This document shows positions 1 to 10,885 of a stretch of DNA of 64,000 nt, piece by piece. The notes below the pieces were generated by a model. It searched no databases. It had not been told where the DNA came from and saw only the letters and a program-made list of their open reading frames with translations. Every line of letters starts with the position of its first letter. Position 1 is the first letter of the stretch. The DNA is taken from the NCBI GenBank assembly GCA_963666345.1, contig OY762721.1, forward strand, positions 3,872,001-3,936,000, read 5' to 3'. Source of the stretch: Desulfatiglandales bacterium. GTDB taxonomy: Bacteria; Desulfobacterota; DSM-4660; Desulfatiglandales; Desulfatiglandaceae. The translations under genes and the position numbers were made by a program.

Positions 1-364
1 ATCCTTTCACCTCTGTTTTTGTGAGGGTATCAGCCGGATCTGTCTCCTGTGTCCGTTCAGCATCCATCGCAAGAAACTCTAAAAAGGATGTAAAGACAAA
101 TCTTTTCTGATTAACTGTGTTCTCTGCAAGCCCCTTGATTGTCGCGCATTCTTGTAAATACTGACCTACTAGATCGCCAAGTGTTATCGTTGGGGGATGG
201 TAGGGAAGGGCCTTTAGTTCCGCTCTTCTTAGAGCCTCTGCCTCCATAGAGCGCTTTTTGGTTGGAAAGCCTTCCTTTTTGTACTGCTTCCCCGCATGGC
301 GAAACGAGTACGCCCACACATGCCCTGTCTTGGACTTTTTCCTGGGAACTTTGTATGCTGACAT
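1..364 (-). CDS. Tyrosine integrase, N-terminal part (arm-binding + core-binding region); runs off left edge
   Basis: Not in ORF track. Minus-strand ATG at 364 reads open to the window edge: MSAYKVPRKKSKTGHVWAYSFRHAGKQYKKEGFPTKKRSMEAEALRRAELK...TITLGDLVGQYLQEC...LAENTVNQKRFVFTSFLEFL, typical of phage/ICE integrase N-termini. Overlapped by an upstream excisionase-like ORF. Confidence 0.75.
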   Translation of the reverse strand, partial: MSAYKVPRKKSKTGHVWAYSFRHAGKQYKKEGFPTKKRSMEAEALRRAELKALPYHPPTITLGDLVGQYLQECATIKGLAENTVNQKRFVFTSFLEFLAMDAERTQETDPADTLTKTEVKG

Positions 365-554
365 AATTTTCGCCCCGTCTATTTTTAAGGTAAGTGAGTA
401 CATCGTCTATAAAAAACCTGGCGCTTCGTGCATTTTTTTTCATGCCCGGTAGGTAGAAATGGGGTAGCTCCCGCCAGTCTCGAAGCTCATGGACGCCTAG
501 GACTTTGCAGAGCTGAGAATATCTCATGATAGAAAGGTCAATGTTCCAAGTCAT
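111..554 (-). CDS. Excisionase/AlpA-like small DNA-binding protein (3' part overlaps the integrase in another frame)
   Basis: N-terminal ~60 aa (YSQLCKVLGV...WRELPHFYL...ARFFIDDVLTYLK) has the wHTH xis pattern; position directly upstream of the integrase. Confidence 0.5.
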   Translation of the reverse strand: MTWNIDLSIMRYSQLCKVLGVHELRDWRELPHFYLPGMKKNARSARFFIDDVLTYLKNRRGENYVSIQSSQEKVQDRACVGVLVSPCGEAVQKGRLSNQKALYGGRGSKKSGTKGPSLPSPNDNTWRSSRSVFTRMRDNQGACREHS

Positions 555-771
555 GTTTCTGCATCATTGCCAGTAGTTTTTGTTCTGTTTTCTCTAGAGA
601 ATTAAAAGTTATCTGTAATATTGCCATGACTTTATAAATCACAGAGTGATGTGATTGTAAAGGGCTTTTTGGATAATTCTTAAAAATTGATGTGAATTAA
701 ATTTATAGACGTTTTTGGAGGTAACGATTCCAGGCAAAAAATAATCCGCTGTTAGAGGCTGGTAAGAACTC

Positions 772-1188
772 CTAAGTCGAGCGGGTTTTTTGCCCGTCGA
801 TTTTTTTCGACGCGTAACTTAAACAGCTTCTGAGAAAGTCAAGATCGGCCGTATCATCAGACTTTGCGGTAAGATTTGCGGCCAGAATGACTTGCTCGAG
901 AAACGGGAATCTTAGGGTTGCTTCATTTGTCAATCCAGAAACCGATCTGTGAACGGTAACAGTATCATATCCCAGAAATAGATCTTCCAAAACAATATGG
1001 TCAAGTTTTGTCAGCATTTTGTCGAGATCGTCCAAAGTTATGGGGACAACCCCCGTTTCCTTTTTCGTGTATGCAGTTCTTTGCAGGCCCAACGCATCAG
1101 CAATGTCCGCTTGTTTAAGGCGAAGAACTTTCCGTATTCTTTGAAGGTTTTTCCGTACGCAAGACGAAAGTAAAAGCTCGTTTTTCAT
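772..1188 (-). CDS. XRE-family HTH transcriptional regulator (repressor-like)
   Basis: NLQRIRKVLRLKQADIADALGLQRTAYTKKETG HTH_3 pattern; GGGGAGAG RBS upstream. Confidence 0.85.
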   Translation of the reverse strand: MKNELLLSSCVRKNLQRIRKVLRLKQADIADALGLQRTAYTKKETGVVPITLDDLDKMLTKLDHIVLEDLFLGYDTVTVHRSVSGLTNEATLRFPFLEQVILAANLTAKSDDTADLDFLRSCLSYASKKIDGQKTRST

Positions 1189-1989
1189 GTCTCTCCCCTT
1201 TTTTTGATGATAACGTCAAAGGCATAAAACTGTTAGTGTTTCAACTCATTCTATAAGACCGGATATTTCTTGTGGAACCTATTGAATGCAAAATAGTGCT
1301 TTATAGGCACAATGTCAATAATAAAAGCGAGGAGGGTGTGAAATGTAATTTTTGAAAACGGTTCCGAATTGGTGCTTAGACTTTATACCCTATAAAGACT
1401 GGAGCGACAAAGGTATCCAGCCCCAGGATGCCTGCGAAGAAAAGGCGATTTGAGCGGCCGTAGCATCCGAAAAGTCATATGCTGATACTTCACGAAGAAC
1501 ATTGGCGATAATTGCATGGTTTGGTATTCGGCTCTCACAGAGTGCGAACGGTTAACGGGGCCGATCAGTGTTTGTGTTGAAATATTTTTGTAAACCTATT
1601 AAGGAGACGGTTTTGTAGCTGTTTATTAATGGGTCTCACACAACCGGCTTACCATTCTGCAACAGACGGCTGTAGAAGCAAGAGAGGTTATAGTAGATCG
1701 GTTAATTTCTGAAAGCATTCATGGTTTTCCAGCCTATCTACAAACATAGGTACCCCATGACCTAGGCTAGTAGATTAATACTGGTTGCCACAAGTGAGGC
1801 ATTCCCCAGCAGTCTGTTTGCTAATGTCCGTGCAAGACAAATTACTGGTATATGGGGGCCACCACATAGTGTCATCATTTATCGTGAAAAGCTATGAAAC
1901 CTGAAAAGCCTTTAACAAAAGGCTTTCATGCTGTTATGCCTAGTGTATCATGCTTTTTATACATTCTTAAAAACCTGATATAACCTACT

Positions 1990-2087
1990 TAGCGGGTACA
2001 TTTTTCCATTTTTTAAACTTTATTTGCTATGGTTTTTTACCATTTTAGGGGTACCTTTTCCTGGTATAATCGGCACTTTTTTCCAGG
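1990..2087. repeat. Imperfect iteron-like repeats immediately downstream of rep-like gene (putative origin)
   Basis: Minus strand has four related units: TGGAAAAAAAGTGCCG, AGGAAAAGGTACCC, TGGTAAAAAAACCAT, TGGAAAAATGTACCCG; AT-rich context. Confidence 0.35.
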
Positions 2088-2822
2088 TCACATTTCATGT
2101 TGGTAAGATTTAATGATCTTCTTATTCAAAAACTCTCTCGTGTAAATGCGGAACGGCTGCAGGTAGACTTTGAAAAGAGGGGTATCATCATAGTACCTTC
2201 CACTTGGCTCTATCAGGAAATTTCTTGCAAGATCGTCCAATGCGCTTTTAATTGACTTTTTCGAGATACCTGCAAATTGCGCAAGGACATCAGGATCGGC
2301 AGTACAATAATCGTATTTTCGGTTTCGATATACTTCTTCGAAATCGTTTACCTCTGAATCGATATCGTCAACGTCAACGTACCAGTGGATGTCGAAAAAA
2401 CCAAAACATCTCATGACCGGGTAGAGTGCTTGGGCGGTTGGTTTGAGCTCTCTCCAATTTCCGCATTCAAGGACCAATTTATGAAAGGGAAATTTTCTTC
2501 CGTTTTCATCCGTCGACGGAATTTTAATAAAATACTCTTTCGCCCTTCTGCCACGGGAAGTAATATAGTCACTTACTCGAAATCCGGGAAAGTCCTCCAA
2601 TCCCCTGATCCCTTCACGGACCTTCTTATCTGTACGACCCGACAGGATGGCTATCGTTCTTTCCCCTGGAAAAGCTATCCCATGTTTATTGCAATGACAG
2701 CCGATGACGGGAAATATTGCCTTAGATGCCTTTGGAAGTAAGGCCCAATTCATATTCTTTATCAGCAACTTATCGAACCAAAAAAAGACTCTATAATTTA
2801 ATTCTTCTTTGAACTGGTACAT
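2088..2822 (-). CDS. Winged-HTH replication-initiator-like protein
   Basis: Two tandem repeats of W..L...(S/A).A.(F/Y)PV followed by HTH (AFPGERTIAILSG...VREGIRGLE; LAQFAGISKKSIKSALDDL), as in HTH_36-type initiators. Confidence 0.55.
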   Translation of the reverse strand: MYQFKEELNYRVFFWFDKLLIKNMNWALLPKASKAIFPVIGCHCNKHGIAFPGERTIAILSGRTDKKVREGIRGLEDFPGFRVSDYITSRGRRAKEYFIKIPSTDENGRKFPFHKLVLECGNWRELKPTAQALYPVMRCFGFFDIHWYVDVDDIDSEVNDFEEVYRNRKYDYCTADPDVLAQFAGISKKSIKSALDDLARNFLIEPSGRYYDDTPLFKVYLQPFRIYTREFLNKKIIKSYQHEM

Positions 2823-2829
2823 TTTAATG

Positions 2830-3036
2830 CTATTTCAAAATTTCTTGTAACCAGAGTTCATCAAAGGATTTAGCATAGAGCTTTGCCAAGATTTTTTTGT
2901 GATCCTCTGATGGTTCCTTAAGATCACGTTCATACAGTGATAACATCGACTGGGCAATGCCGGTTTCCTTGGCCACTTCCCATTGCGATTTTGCGGTTTC
3001 AAGCCTGGCTTTCCTAAGGGGTTTAAGCTTTTGCAT
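2830..3036 (-). CDS. XRE/Cro-like HTH protein
   Basis: LRKARLETAKSQWEVAKETGIAQSMLSLYERDLKEP; AGGAG RBS. Confidence 0.85.
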   Translation of the reverse strand: MQKLKPLRKARLETAKSQWEVAKETGIAQSMLSLYERDLKEPSEDHKKILAKLYAKSFDELWLQEILK

Positions 3037-3401
3037 TTTTTTATTCTCCTTTTCCTAATAAGCGAGAAGATGTTTTAAGTGAAGTCGCTTAAGGTGAGAA
3101 GCAACCATGAATTTTTATTCTCATGTTATTATTATTAAATATCGTGTCAAAGTGAGATAAGTCGCAGATAGAAATTTCGGAAAACTTTGAGTCAAAAAGA
3201 GATTGGATTTATTGAATTTTATTGCTGATTGAGAGATGCTCAAATAAACACTCCAGAGTTATGGAGCCGTTATTTGAGGCGATTGGTCATTAGACGAAAA
3301 GGATTTTGAAAATGTCTATTGAGGAGTGGAAAGACCGTCTGCTTTCCACTGAAACAAAACACGAGGGGTGGTCAGATTGATGTTTTAGGTTTGTAAACCC
3401 A

Positions 3402-4193
3402 TCATGAAGACCCGTTCTTGTTTTTGTACCTTTTATATCTGCTCCTGACACTGTCAGGAAGGTGCTTGCTATCTTCCATATAGCCGTATTTTAGCATGAG
3501 GCTACCTGTTTCTATGAAAGCTCTTTTTTCGCTGAAACCATTGTCCAAAAATATGTCCGTTGTCAGACTAATTAATTGATTTAACATGCTGTTTTCAGGT
3601 CGTTGAGCAGGATTGTTAAATAGAAGAATAATATCCTCAAGTCTATTAAGGTCGGTGCCCAGACCTGTTATATCAACAGATGGAATTTTTTCGTAGGCCT
3701 TTGCATTATAATATTTCGCTTTTTGAAAATTCCTGTTCACCTCTCCTATTTCCTCAGGGGATAAGGAAACAGAAGAAAGTTCATCCAAAACTTGTGGAAT
3801 AATAGGTGCTAACCATTTTAGGGGAGCTTCAGCCATCAAAATGACATATGTCTTGTGCATATCATCTTTAAGCTTTTCGAAATTGTGTATGAATTTTGTC
3901 TCTTCTTCAGATCTAATTACTTTGTTTTTCAATATCACGATAATTTCTTCCAAGGAATCCTGCAAATAAGTAAGGATTTTGTCATATTCACCTTGGAGTG
4001 CATCCATATATAATAACAAATTATTAAAGGAATTACTCATGATTTCCTCTGCTCTTTTGGCCTTTTTGGTGACGGTAAGAGCAGAGCCGTAAGATTCATT
4101 ATTAGTTATATCGAGTAGATCACTAGATTTATGTATATAAGAAAGTCTAGCCTGAAGTTCTTTAAGAAGTTTTCCAGTATCCTGTTTAGTCAT
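3402..4193 (-). CDS. Hypothetical protein
   Basis: 263-aa AT-rich ORF, no recognised motif. Confidence 0.6.
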   Translation of the reverse strand: MTKQDTGKLLKELQARLSYIHKSSDLLDITNNESYGSALTVTKKAKRAEEIMSNSFNNLLLYMDALQGEYDKILTYLQDSLEEIIVILKNKVIRSEEETKFIHNFEKLKDDMHKTYVILMAEAPLKWLAPIIPQVLDELSSVSLSPEEIGEVNRNFQKAKYYNAKAYEKIPSVDITGLGTDLNRLEDIILLFNNPAQRPENSMLNQLISLTTDIFLDNGFSEKRAFIETGSLMLKYGYMEDSKHLPDSVRSRYKRYKNKNGSS

Positions 4194-4253
4194 GTTTTTT
4201 CAAAGGTATAGGGTTATAATTTTAGACCTCTCGACATTTAAATAGCCAAAAGG

Positions 4254-4790
4254 TCAGCGTTTATTTTGCGTTAAGCTTGGAGGCCTTCTATCTTTATTCG
4301 ATTGCTCTGCGTGTATTTTTCTGTCAAGGGTGCCAACACCATGGATCATATCCCGCAAAGATATAAGCTCAAGTACCTCGGCAGTGGAGCCCCAGCTCAT
4401 GACCCAGGATTTGAGCTCCTCAGTTCCTGAGATCTTCACCAGAAGAATGATGGAATCATCTTCCTGAGAATGGATCTGCTGGCTCTTATGCAAGATCTTT
4501 TCTTTGATATAGCCTGCCACATCGGGCGAAAACCATACCTTTACATTGATTGACTATCCCCGAAACACCCCGAAACTAGCCCCGATGAACTCTTCCAGCG
4601 TAAAATCCTTCAGGATATCAAAGGTATCGTCTGTCTGGTGGAGTATCTTTATCCGGTCAAGGGCGAATATTATTATCTCATCCCTTACATGACAGTAGCC
4701 GATAAGATAAAAGGTTCCGTTCAAAAACCATATCTTGTAATTGCCCACCTTTCTTTTGGGTTTCTCTTTCCTGCTCATGGTGTAATAGAC
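4254..4790 (-). pseudogene. WYL/WCX-domain regulator remnant (HTH lost, internal TAG at 4554-4556)
   Basis: ORFs 4554-4778 (FYLIGYCHVRDEIIIFALDRI, WYL) and 4254-4520 (SQQI...ELKSWVMSWGSTAEVLE, WCX) are in the same frame, separated by one TAG. Confidence 0.8.
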
Positions 4791-5064
4791 GATTTCTAAG
4801 GATGTTTAAAGATGAAACTTGGCGGGATGAAAGTAAAGGTGAGTTTTTCCGGCAGGGATATCACCTCACGATTAAAAAGCCGGTTGTATGGGGCCATGTA
4901 ACCGGTGACAAAGATCCCATAAAGGTAGATGGCGCAACTGACGGAATTTAAAGGTTTGAATTTGAGATACCATTAAGAGATGCTAATAAGTAGTTGAATC
5001 CTCTATGTGAGTAGCACTATAATTATATAGATGATTTGAAATATGGACGTTCCCAGTCTTAAAG

Positions 5065-6053
5065 GTGAGAATGACTAAAGTAATCCCCTTCAGAAGTCCT
5101 TTAGAAAAATGCGCCAATTGTATCCATTATGTTGCTAGGCGGGATCATGGCGTATATTTGATTGATGGACCACCAGATCAATATTGTAAACACCCTGATC
5201 GATTAAAAGGTTGTTATTTATGCGAGGATACAATCAATAAATTTCATCTTCGCAGATCGCCTGATGAATGGTGCCCTAAATATGAAAATGCTTTCCCTGT
5301 TAATAGGATACGTTCAAAGCTTAAGGTAATAGAATCGATAGACTATGAAATGGTTTATATGGAAAAGGGTTCATTTATAATGGGGACATCAGAATATCTG
5401 GGAAACAAAAAAACTCACACTCGCAATGAGAAACGACATTCAGTTACTTTAACAAGAGGATTTAATTTAGGTGTGACTGTTGTGACCCAGTCCCAATGGC
5501 TCAGAGTTATGGGATCAAAATCATGGCCATACAATGACGAAAATCTTAGAGAAGGAGATGACTATCCTGTTACATGGATTTCGTGGGAAGATTGCCAAAG
5601 ATTCATCAAGAAATTAAATGAAATTGAGGGCACAGATACTTTTAGACTTCCAACAGAGGCCGAATGGGAATATTCATGTCGTGCGGGAACAGAAACCGAA
5701 TTTTTTTTGGTAACGATGAAGGTCAACTGGATAAGTATGGTTGGTATATGAAAAATACATGGGACATAGGAGAACAGTATCCACATAAGGTTGCTCGAAA
5801 AAGTTCAAATGACTGGGGGCTATATGATACACATGGTAATGTTTTAGAGTGGTGTCAAGATTGGCATGGCCCTTATCCTGATGCACATGTTATTGATCCA
5901 GTGGGGCCAAAATCAGGTTCTGTAAAAATTGCCCGTGGTGGAGCATGGTCTATTATTGCTAATCGCTGTCGATCTGATGTTCGCAATGGTCGTCAGCCTG
6001 ATAGGCGTTATAGCCTTACTGGATTTCGACTGGCTGAATCTGTTGGAGTTTAA
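5065..6053 (+). pseudogene. Formylglycine-generating-enzyme (FGE-sulfatase/SUMF1) domain protein, frameshifted at T8 run 5701-5708
   Basis: GSFIMG, PVTWISWEDC, FRLPTEAEWEYSCRAG in the first frame; NDWGLYDTHGNVLEWCQDW, RGGAW, GFRLA in the second. One extra T restores ETEFFFGND. Confidence 0.85.
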
Positions 6054-6481
6054 GGTGTGTTTTTATGGAATAAGTTGCCTGCTGCAAGTAAGGGGGCATC
6101 TGAAAAAGAGAAAGGAACGTGGGAAGCCGTGGAAAATTCTTCGGCTACCTTTGGAGAGCTTCTAAGCCCCTGGCGTGTTAAAACTGCCATCTGTCAGGCC
6201 TTCCGGCATTTTTGCATGCAATTTTGATAGAATACAAACAAAATGCTTATGCAATATAAAGCCCTCCGTAAAGTCGGAGTTATCTGAGATCTTTCTGCCT
6301 GGTCGATATCCTGAGGTGATGGAAGATATTTGAAAATGGCACTTTCTTTATTGGGTAAGTTCTGCTATGAAAATATTTGTGAATTTTATTTAATATTATA
6401 TGGGAACCATTTCTTTTTGCATGATTTTGTATCTAAGCTGTATTTTTCTGCGCACCTTTTTCCGATTCACGTTGACAAAAA

Positions 6482-6715
6482 ATGCAAAAAAACAGGCCTA
6501 TCCATAAGAACGTATTCACCGGACGCCTCATGGGGCTTGCAACAGGAGACACCCTGTGCACTACACTGACGTTTAACCCTCCCGGCACATTTGATTCCAT
6601 AATAGACATCATGGCCTCTGTTATTTATCTGCCGGCCAGTGGGCAGATGATAGCTATGGCCAAATCGCTGGTGCCTATTATAGACATAGAGTTGTCCGCA
6701 AGGGATGTATTTTAA
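6482..6715 (+). pseudogene. ADP-ribosylglycohydrolase (DraG/ARH-like) N-terminal remnant
   Basis: FTGRLMGLATGDTLCTTLTFNPPGTFDSIIDI resembles the family start (G.LxGLAxGDALG..LEF..PG.F.PI.D); truncated and degenerate. Confidence 0.55.
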
Positions 6716-6871
6716 AAATTGTTAAAGGTAATGATGTCGAGGAGTCAGCTTTGCTTTTGTTGATAAGGAATTAGGAGGAAAATAGTCTAGGGGAAATAAT
6801 GCCTTCATGGTAATTCCACAAGACATTAATATATCTATTTGGTTTGGAGGTTTAAAAATCAAAACAGCAAA

Positions 6872-9800
6872 ATGGCTATTCTAATTGATAATAAAGGGCA
6901 AGGAAAGGTTGGGGACGTTATTGCGGAGGAGATTCAGGCAAATGCTCACGTTTCCATCCTGTCCAGTTTTTTTTCCATTTACGGTTACTCTGCCTTGAAG
7001 AAGCATCTTGCGCTTGCTGATGTCTTGCGGCTCCTTATTCCGTCGAATGATATCCGCGGCTCTGCCGAGAACGTAAAGCCGTTTCGTGTGGCAGGCTTAA
7101 CTGGAAATGAAGCAGACAGGCGTTTTCGTAATACCTTGAATATGACAGAACTTGCCCAAGAATGTTCTCAGTGGTTGCAGGAAAAAGCTGAAATTAGAGC
7201 AGTATCGTTACCTGTCCTTCAGAATCTGTTCCATATTAAGAACCCTGACGGCAACGCTATAGCCATTCATGGAAGTTCAACATTCACGTCTGCGGGGCTC
7301 GGAACTGTGCCATCGGACGGATATGAGATGAACACCTGTTTCACAACACCGGCGGAAGCCGAAAGCCTCCTAAAATGGTTTGATACGATATGGTCAAACC
7401 CTGAGGCAACTTGCAACGTAAAACTGTTTTTACTGGAACAGCTTGAAACCATCTTCTCTAATAAATCCCCGGAGCTGGTATACTTTCTGACACTATACAA
7501 CATTTTTCACGATTACCTTGGTGAACTCGAAGAAGACAAGATCATCAAGACCAGAACCGGCATCAAGGATACGCTTGTTTGGAGCAAACTATACAGATTT
7601 CAACACGATGGCGTATTAGGGGCCATCGACAAGATGGAAAAGTATAACGGCTGTATTATTGCCGATAGCGTTGGACTTGGAAAAACTTTCGAAGCGCTGG
7701 CGATCATCAAATACTATGAACTGCGGAATGACCGCGTTCTCGTTCTCTGCCCCAAGAAAATCCGCGAAAACTGGACCCTTTTCACTGTCAACGATAAGCG
7801 AAACCTTTTCGCCGCTGATCGGTTTAATTTTGATGTGCTTAATCACACAGACCTCACCCGTGAACGAGGGCGTTCCGGCGAGATTAATTTAGAGACTCTC
7901 AACTGGGGCAATTACGATCTTGTTGTTATCGATGAGTCCCATAATTTTCGGAACAACCCGCCGCGTAAGGACGGGATGACGAGATACTCCAGATTGATGC
8001 GAAACATTATCAAGGCGGGTGTAAAAACCAAAGTTCTCATGCTTTCTGCTACGCCTGTAAACAGCCGTATGAATGATTTGAAAAATCAGGTAGCTTTTAT
8101 CACGGAAGGTGTAGATGACGCCCTTTATAACCAAGGTATTTTCAGTATTGAGCAAACACTTCGTCAGGCACAGACGCGTTTCAACAGATGGCTTCGGCTT
8201 GATGCAGCTGAACGAACGACTGACGGTCTACTTGAAACACTGAATTTCGATTATTTCAAACTGCTTGATCTCCTCACTATCGCCCGTTCCAGAAAACATA
8301 TTGAAAAATACTACGATCTTAATGAGGTCGGTGAGTTTCCCGAGCGAGCTAAGCCCATAAACATAAAGTCCGACATAGACACCAAGGACTTGTTCCCGGA
8401 ACTTAGGGAGATCAACCGGGATATACGTCGTCTCAATCTCAGTTCATATGCCCCGTTGAAATATGTCCTCCCTAATAAACTTGAGGAATACAGCCGCAAA
8501 TATGACATGGAGGTATCCGGCGGGTCGGTGTTTAAGCAGATCGACCGCGAGGAGAGCCTGATCCATCTTATGAGGGTGAATCTTCTCAAACGGATGGAGA
8601 GTTCGATCAATTCCTTTGCGCTTACGCTGGCAAGACTCCTCGAAAACGTCCGCGATATCGTCAACCGAATCGACTCACATGAGGAATCTGAAATCAAAGA
8701 GCTGAGCATAGAGGAGATCGAAATTGACGATGATGATTTTGAACCGTATTTGATTGGCAGCAAGATCAAGGTGCTCCTCCAGGATGTTGATCGTGTGCGG
8801 TGGAGGCAGGAGCTTGAGGAAGATGAGGTGCTTCTGGTCAAGTTACTGCGGGAGGCGCGGGAGATTGATGCTTTGCGAGATGAGAAACTTCGCCGTCTTA
8901 AAGAACGCATCACCGCCAAATGCGGACACCCAATCAATTCTAACAACAGGAAGGTCCTTATTTTTACTGCCTTTGCGGACACGGCCAAGTACCTTTATGA
9001 GAACATCGCCCCATGGGCAAAGGACAGACTCGGCCTTCATTCGGCTTTGGTAACTGGGGGCAACAGCGGCAACAAGACCACGATGCTGAAACTTCGCAAG
9101 GATATTGCCACCATTATTACCTCTTTTTCTCCGCTTTCAAAAGAGCGCGCCAAAATCGATGAGTCTCTTACAGAGGAGATTGACATTTTGATTTCCACCG
9201 ACTGCCTTTCTGAAGGCCAGAACCTTCAGGATTGTGACTATGTCGTAAACTACGATATTCATTGGAACCCGGTTCGAATTATTCAGCGTTTCGGGCGAAT
9301 CGACCGCCTTGGTTCAAAAAATCAGGTTATTCAGCTTGTCAACTTCTGGCCGAATATGGAATTGGATGAATACATCAACCTGGAGGCTCGTGTCTCTGGG
9401 CGGATGGTCCTGTTGGATATTTCCGCGACCGGCGAAGAAAACATTATCGAATTCCCTGACGCCGGCAAAATGAATGACCTGGAGTATCGCAGGCGACAGC
9501 TCGAACGACTCCAGAATGAAGTGGTGGATCTGGAGGACCTTGGAGGTGGCATCTCAATTACTGATATGACGCTCAATGATTTTCGGATGGACCTTACCGA
9601 CTATCTAAAAGAGAACGCCGATCTTCTTGAACATCTGCCTCCAGGGGCTTTTTCCGTCACCCACATTGACGATCTGATTAAAGAGGAAGGTCTGGAACCC
9701 GGCGTTATTTTCTGTCTCCGCAGTGAGTCGGCCAAGGTAAATATAGACAGCACTTACGCACTGGCACCGCACTATCTGGTCTGGGTTTCCGAATCTGGCG

Positions 9801-10117
9801 AGGTACAGATGAATTTTACACAGGCTAAAAAGATTCTGGACCTGTTCAAGAAACTGTCTCTCGGCCGATCCCAGCCAGACGAAAGCGCTGTGGCTAGATT
9901 CAAAATCGATACCAGCAATGCTACGGACATGAGCAAGTACCAGTCGTTGTTAGCCAAGGCCGTTGCGGCCATTACTGGAAAGGCCGAGGAAAAAGGCGTT
10001 GAAAGCCTGTTCCAGCGCGGGGGAACCGTATTGAGCAAGGATTCTTTCCATGGCATCAACGACTTTGAGGTTGTGTCCTATCTTGTTATTCTTGGACATC
10101 ACAAAGGGGCGTCATGA
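6872..10117 (+). CDS. SNF2-like SF2 helicase with N-terminal PLD-like domain (type III R-M associated)
   Basis: ADSVGLGKT, VIDESH, LSATP, SEGQNLQ, QRFGRIDR motifs; N-terminal HGSSTFT...WFDTIW; ATG at 6872. Confidence 0.9.
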   Translation: MAILIDNKGQGKVGDVIAEEIQANAHVSILSSFFSIYGYSALKKHLALADVLRLLIPSNDIRGSAENVKPFRVAGLTGNEADRRFRNTLNMTELAQECSQWLQEKAEIRAVSLPVLQNLFHIKNPDGNAIAIHGSSTFTSAGLGTVPSDGYEMNTCFTTPAEAESLLKWFDTIWSNPEATCNVKLFLLEQLETIFSNKSPELVYFLTLYNIFHDYLGELEEDKIIKTRTGIKDTLVWSKLYRFQHDGVLGAIDKMEKYNGCIIADSVGLGKTFEALAIIKYYELRNDRVLVLCPKKIRENWTLFTVNDKRNLFAADRFNFDVLNHTDLTRERGRSGEINLETLNWGNYDLVVIDESHNFRNNPPRKDGMTRYSRLMRNIIKAGVKTKVLMLSATPVNSRMNDLKNQVAFITEGVDDALYNQGIFSIEQTLRQAQTRFNRWLRLDAAERTTDGLLETLNFDYFKLLDLLTIARSRKHIEKYYDLNEVGEFPERAKPINIKSDIDTKDLFPELREINRDIRRLNLSSYAPLKYVLPNKLEEYSRKYDMEVSGGSVFKQIDREESLIHLMRVNLLKRMESSINSFALTLARLLENVRDIVNRIDSHEESEIKELSIEEIEIDDDDFEPYLIGSKIKVLLQDVDRVRWRQELEEDEVLLVKLLREAREIDALRDEKLRRLKERITAKCGHPINSNNRKVLIFTAFADTAKYLYENIAPWAKDRLGLHSALVTGGNSGNKTTMLKLRKDIATIITSFSPLSKERAKIDESLTEEIDILISTDCLSEGQNLQDCDYVVNYDIHWNPVRIIQRFGRIDRLGSKNQVIQLVNFWPNMELDEYINLEARVSGRMVLLDISATGEENIIEFPDAGKMNDLEYRRRQLERLQNEVVDLEDLGGGISITDMTLNDFRMDLTDYLKENADLLEHLPPGAFSVTHIDDLIKEEGLEPGVIFCLRSESAKVNIDSTYALAPHYLVWVSESGEVQMNFTQAKKILDLFKKLSLGRSQPDESAVARFKIDTSNATDMSKYQSLLAKAVAAITGKAEEKGVESLFQRGGTVLSKDSFHGINDFEVVSYLVILGHHKGAS

Positions 10118-10869
10118 TTGAGACTCTCTACAAAAAAATGGCCATTCCTGATGCCTGTCACCTCGGGAAGCGCATCTTCAAGAAACTGTTTCACGAGAAC
10201 GCAAGGCTTGGCGCAACCGATAAGAAGGCATTTCGGGAGGACATTGATGTTATAATTTGGCAATACACGCTCAAGCCGAGCACGATTCCGATCCAGGCCT
10301 ACGAGGACGACCAGCGGGAGTACCACGAGGTTGCTATCCTACAGGTGAACCTCAAGACGCTCAATCGCACCAGCAGAATAGCTGAGATAATACATCGCGC
10401 GATTCCATACCCATTGGTTGTTGTGTTTACCTATAAGACAATGTGTACAATGAGCCTTGCCCACAAGCGATTCAGCCAAGCAGAAAAGGGGGCTATCGTT
10501 GCTGAGGACTTTCTCATCACCGATTGGATTGACCTTTTAGCTCCAACCCCCATACAGCAGGCATTCCTTGACAGCATAGCTCTGCCAGTCTTGCCGCACA
10601 CGCATTTCTATGCATTTTACTCAGCCTTAACTGACCGGACGGTGGCTTTGGATTGTGCCAGGCTGACCGGCGAGTATCGCCTCGAACCAATAACGATCAA
10701 GCACAAGGTGCGTAAGGACCAGTTGGCGCTCTGCCACGAGCTGGAAATTCAGATCGCAGGCCATAAAGCTACTATTATGAAAGAAACGCAATTCAATCGT
10801 AAGGTTGAGTTGAATATGAAAATGAAGGAACTTGAGAAACAACTTCAGGCTATAACTGCCAAGTTGTGA
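10114..10869 (+). CDS. DUF4391-family protein
   Basis: GKRIFKKLF, IHRAIPYP, KETQFNRKVELN; ATGA overlap with the helicase; usual position between helicase and mod. Confidence 0.8.
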   Translation: MIETLYKKMAIPDACHLGKRIFKKLFHENARLGATDKKAFREDIDVIIWQYTLKPSTIPIQAYEDDQREYHEVAILQVNLKTLNRTSRIAEIIHRAIPYPLVVVFTYKTMCTMSLAHKRFSQAEKGAIVAEDFLITDWIDLLAPTPIQQAFLDSIALPVLPHTHFYAFYSALTDRTVALDCARLTGEYRLEPITIKHKVRKDQLALCHELEIQIAGHKATIMKETQFNRKVELNMKMKELEKQLQAITAKL

Positions 10870-10885
10870 ATGGAGGATATATCGC

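Noticed and set aside
4554..4556. TAG in WYL gene as pyrrolysine readthrough
   Set aside because: The gene also lacks its N-terminal HTH and no pyl genes are in view; simple decay is more likely.
5900..6300. FGE/CLec-fold gene as a diversity-generating retroelement target
   Set aside because: No template repeat matching its 3' end and no reverse transcriptase seen in the window.
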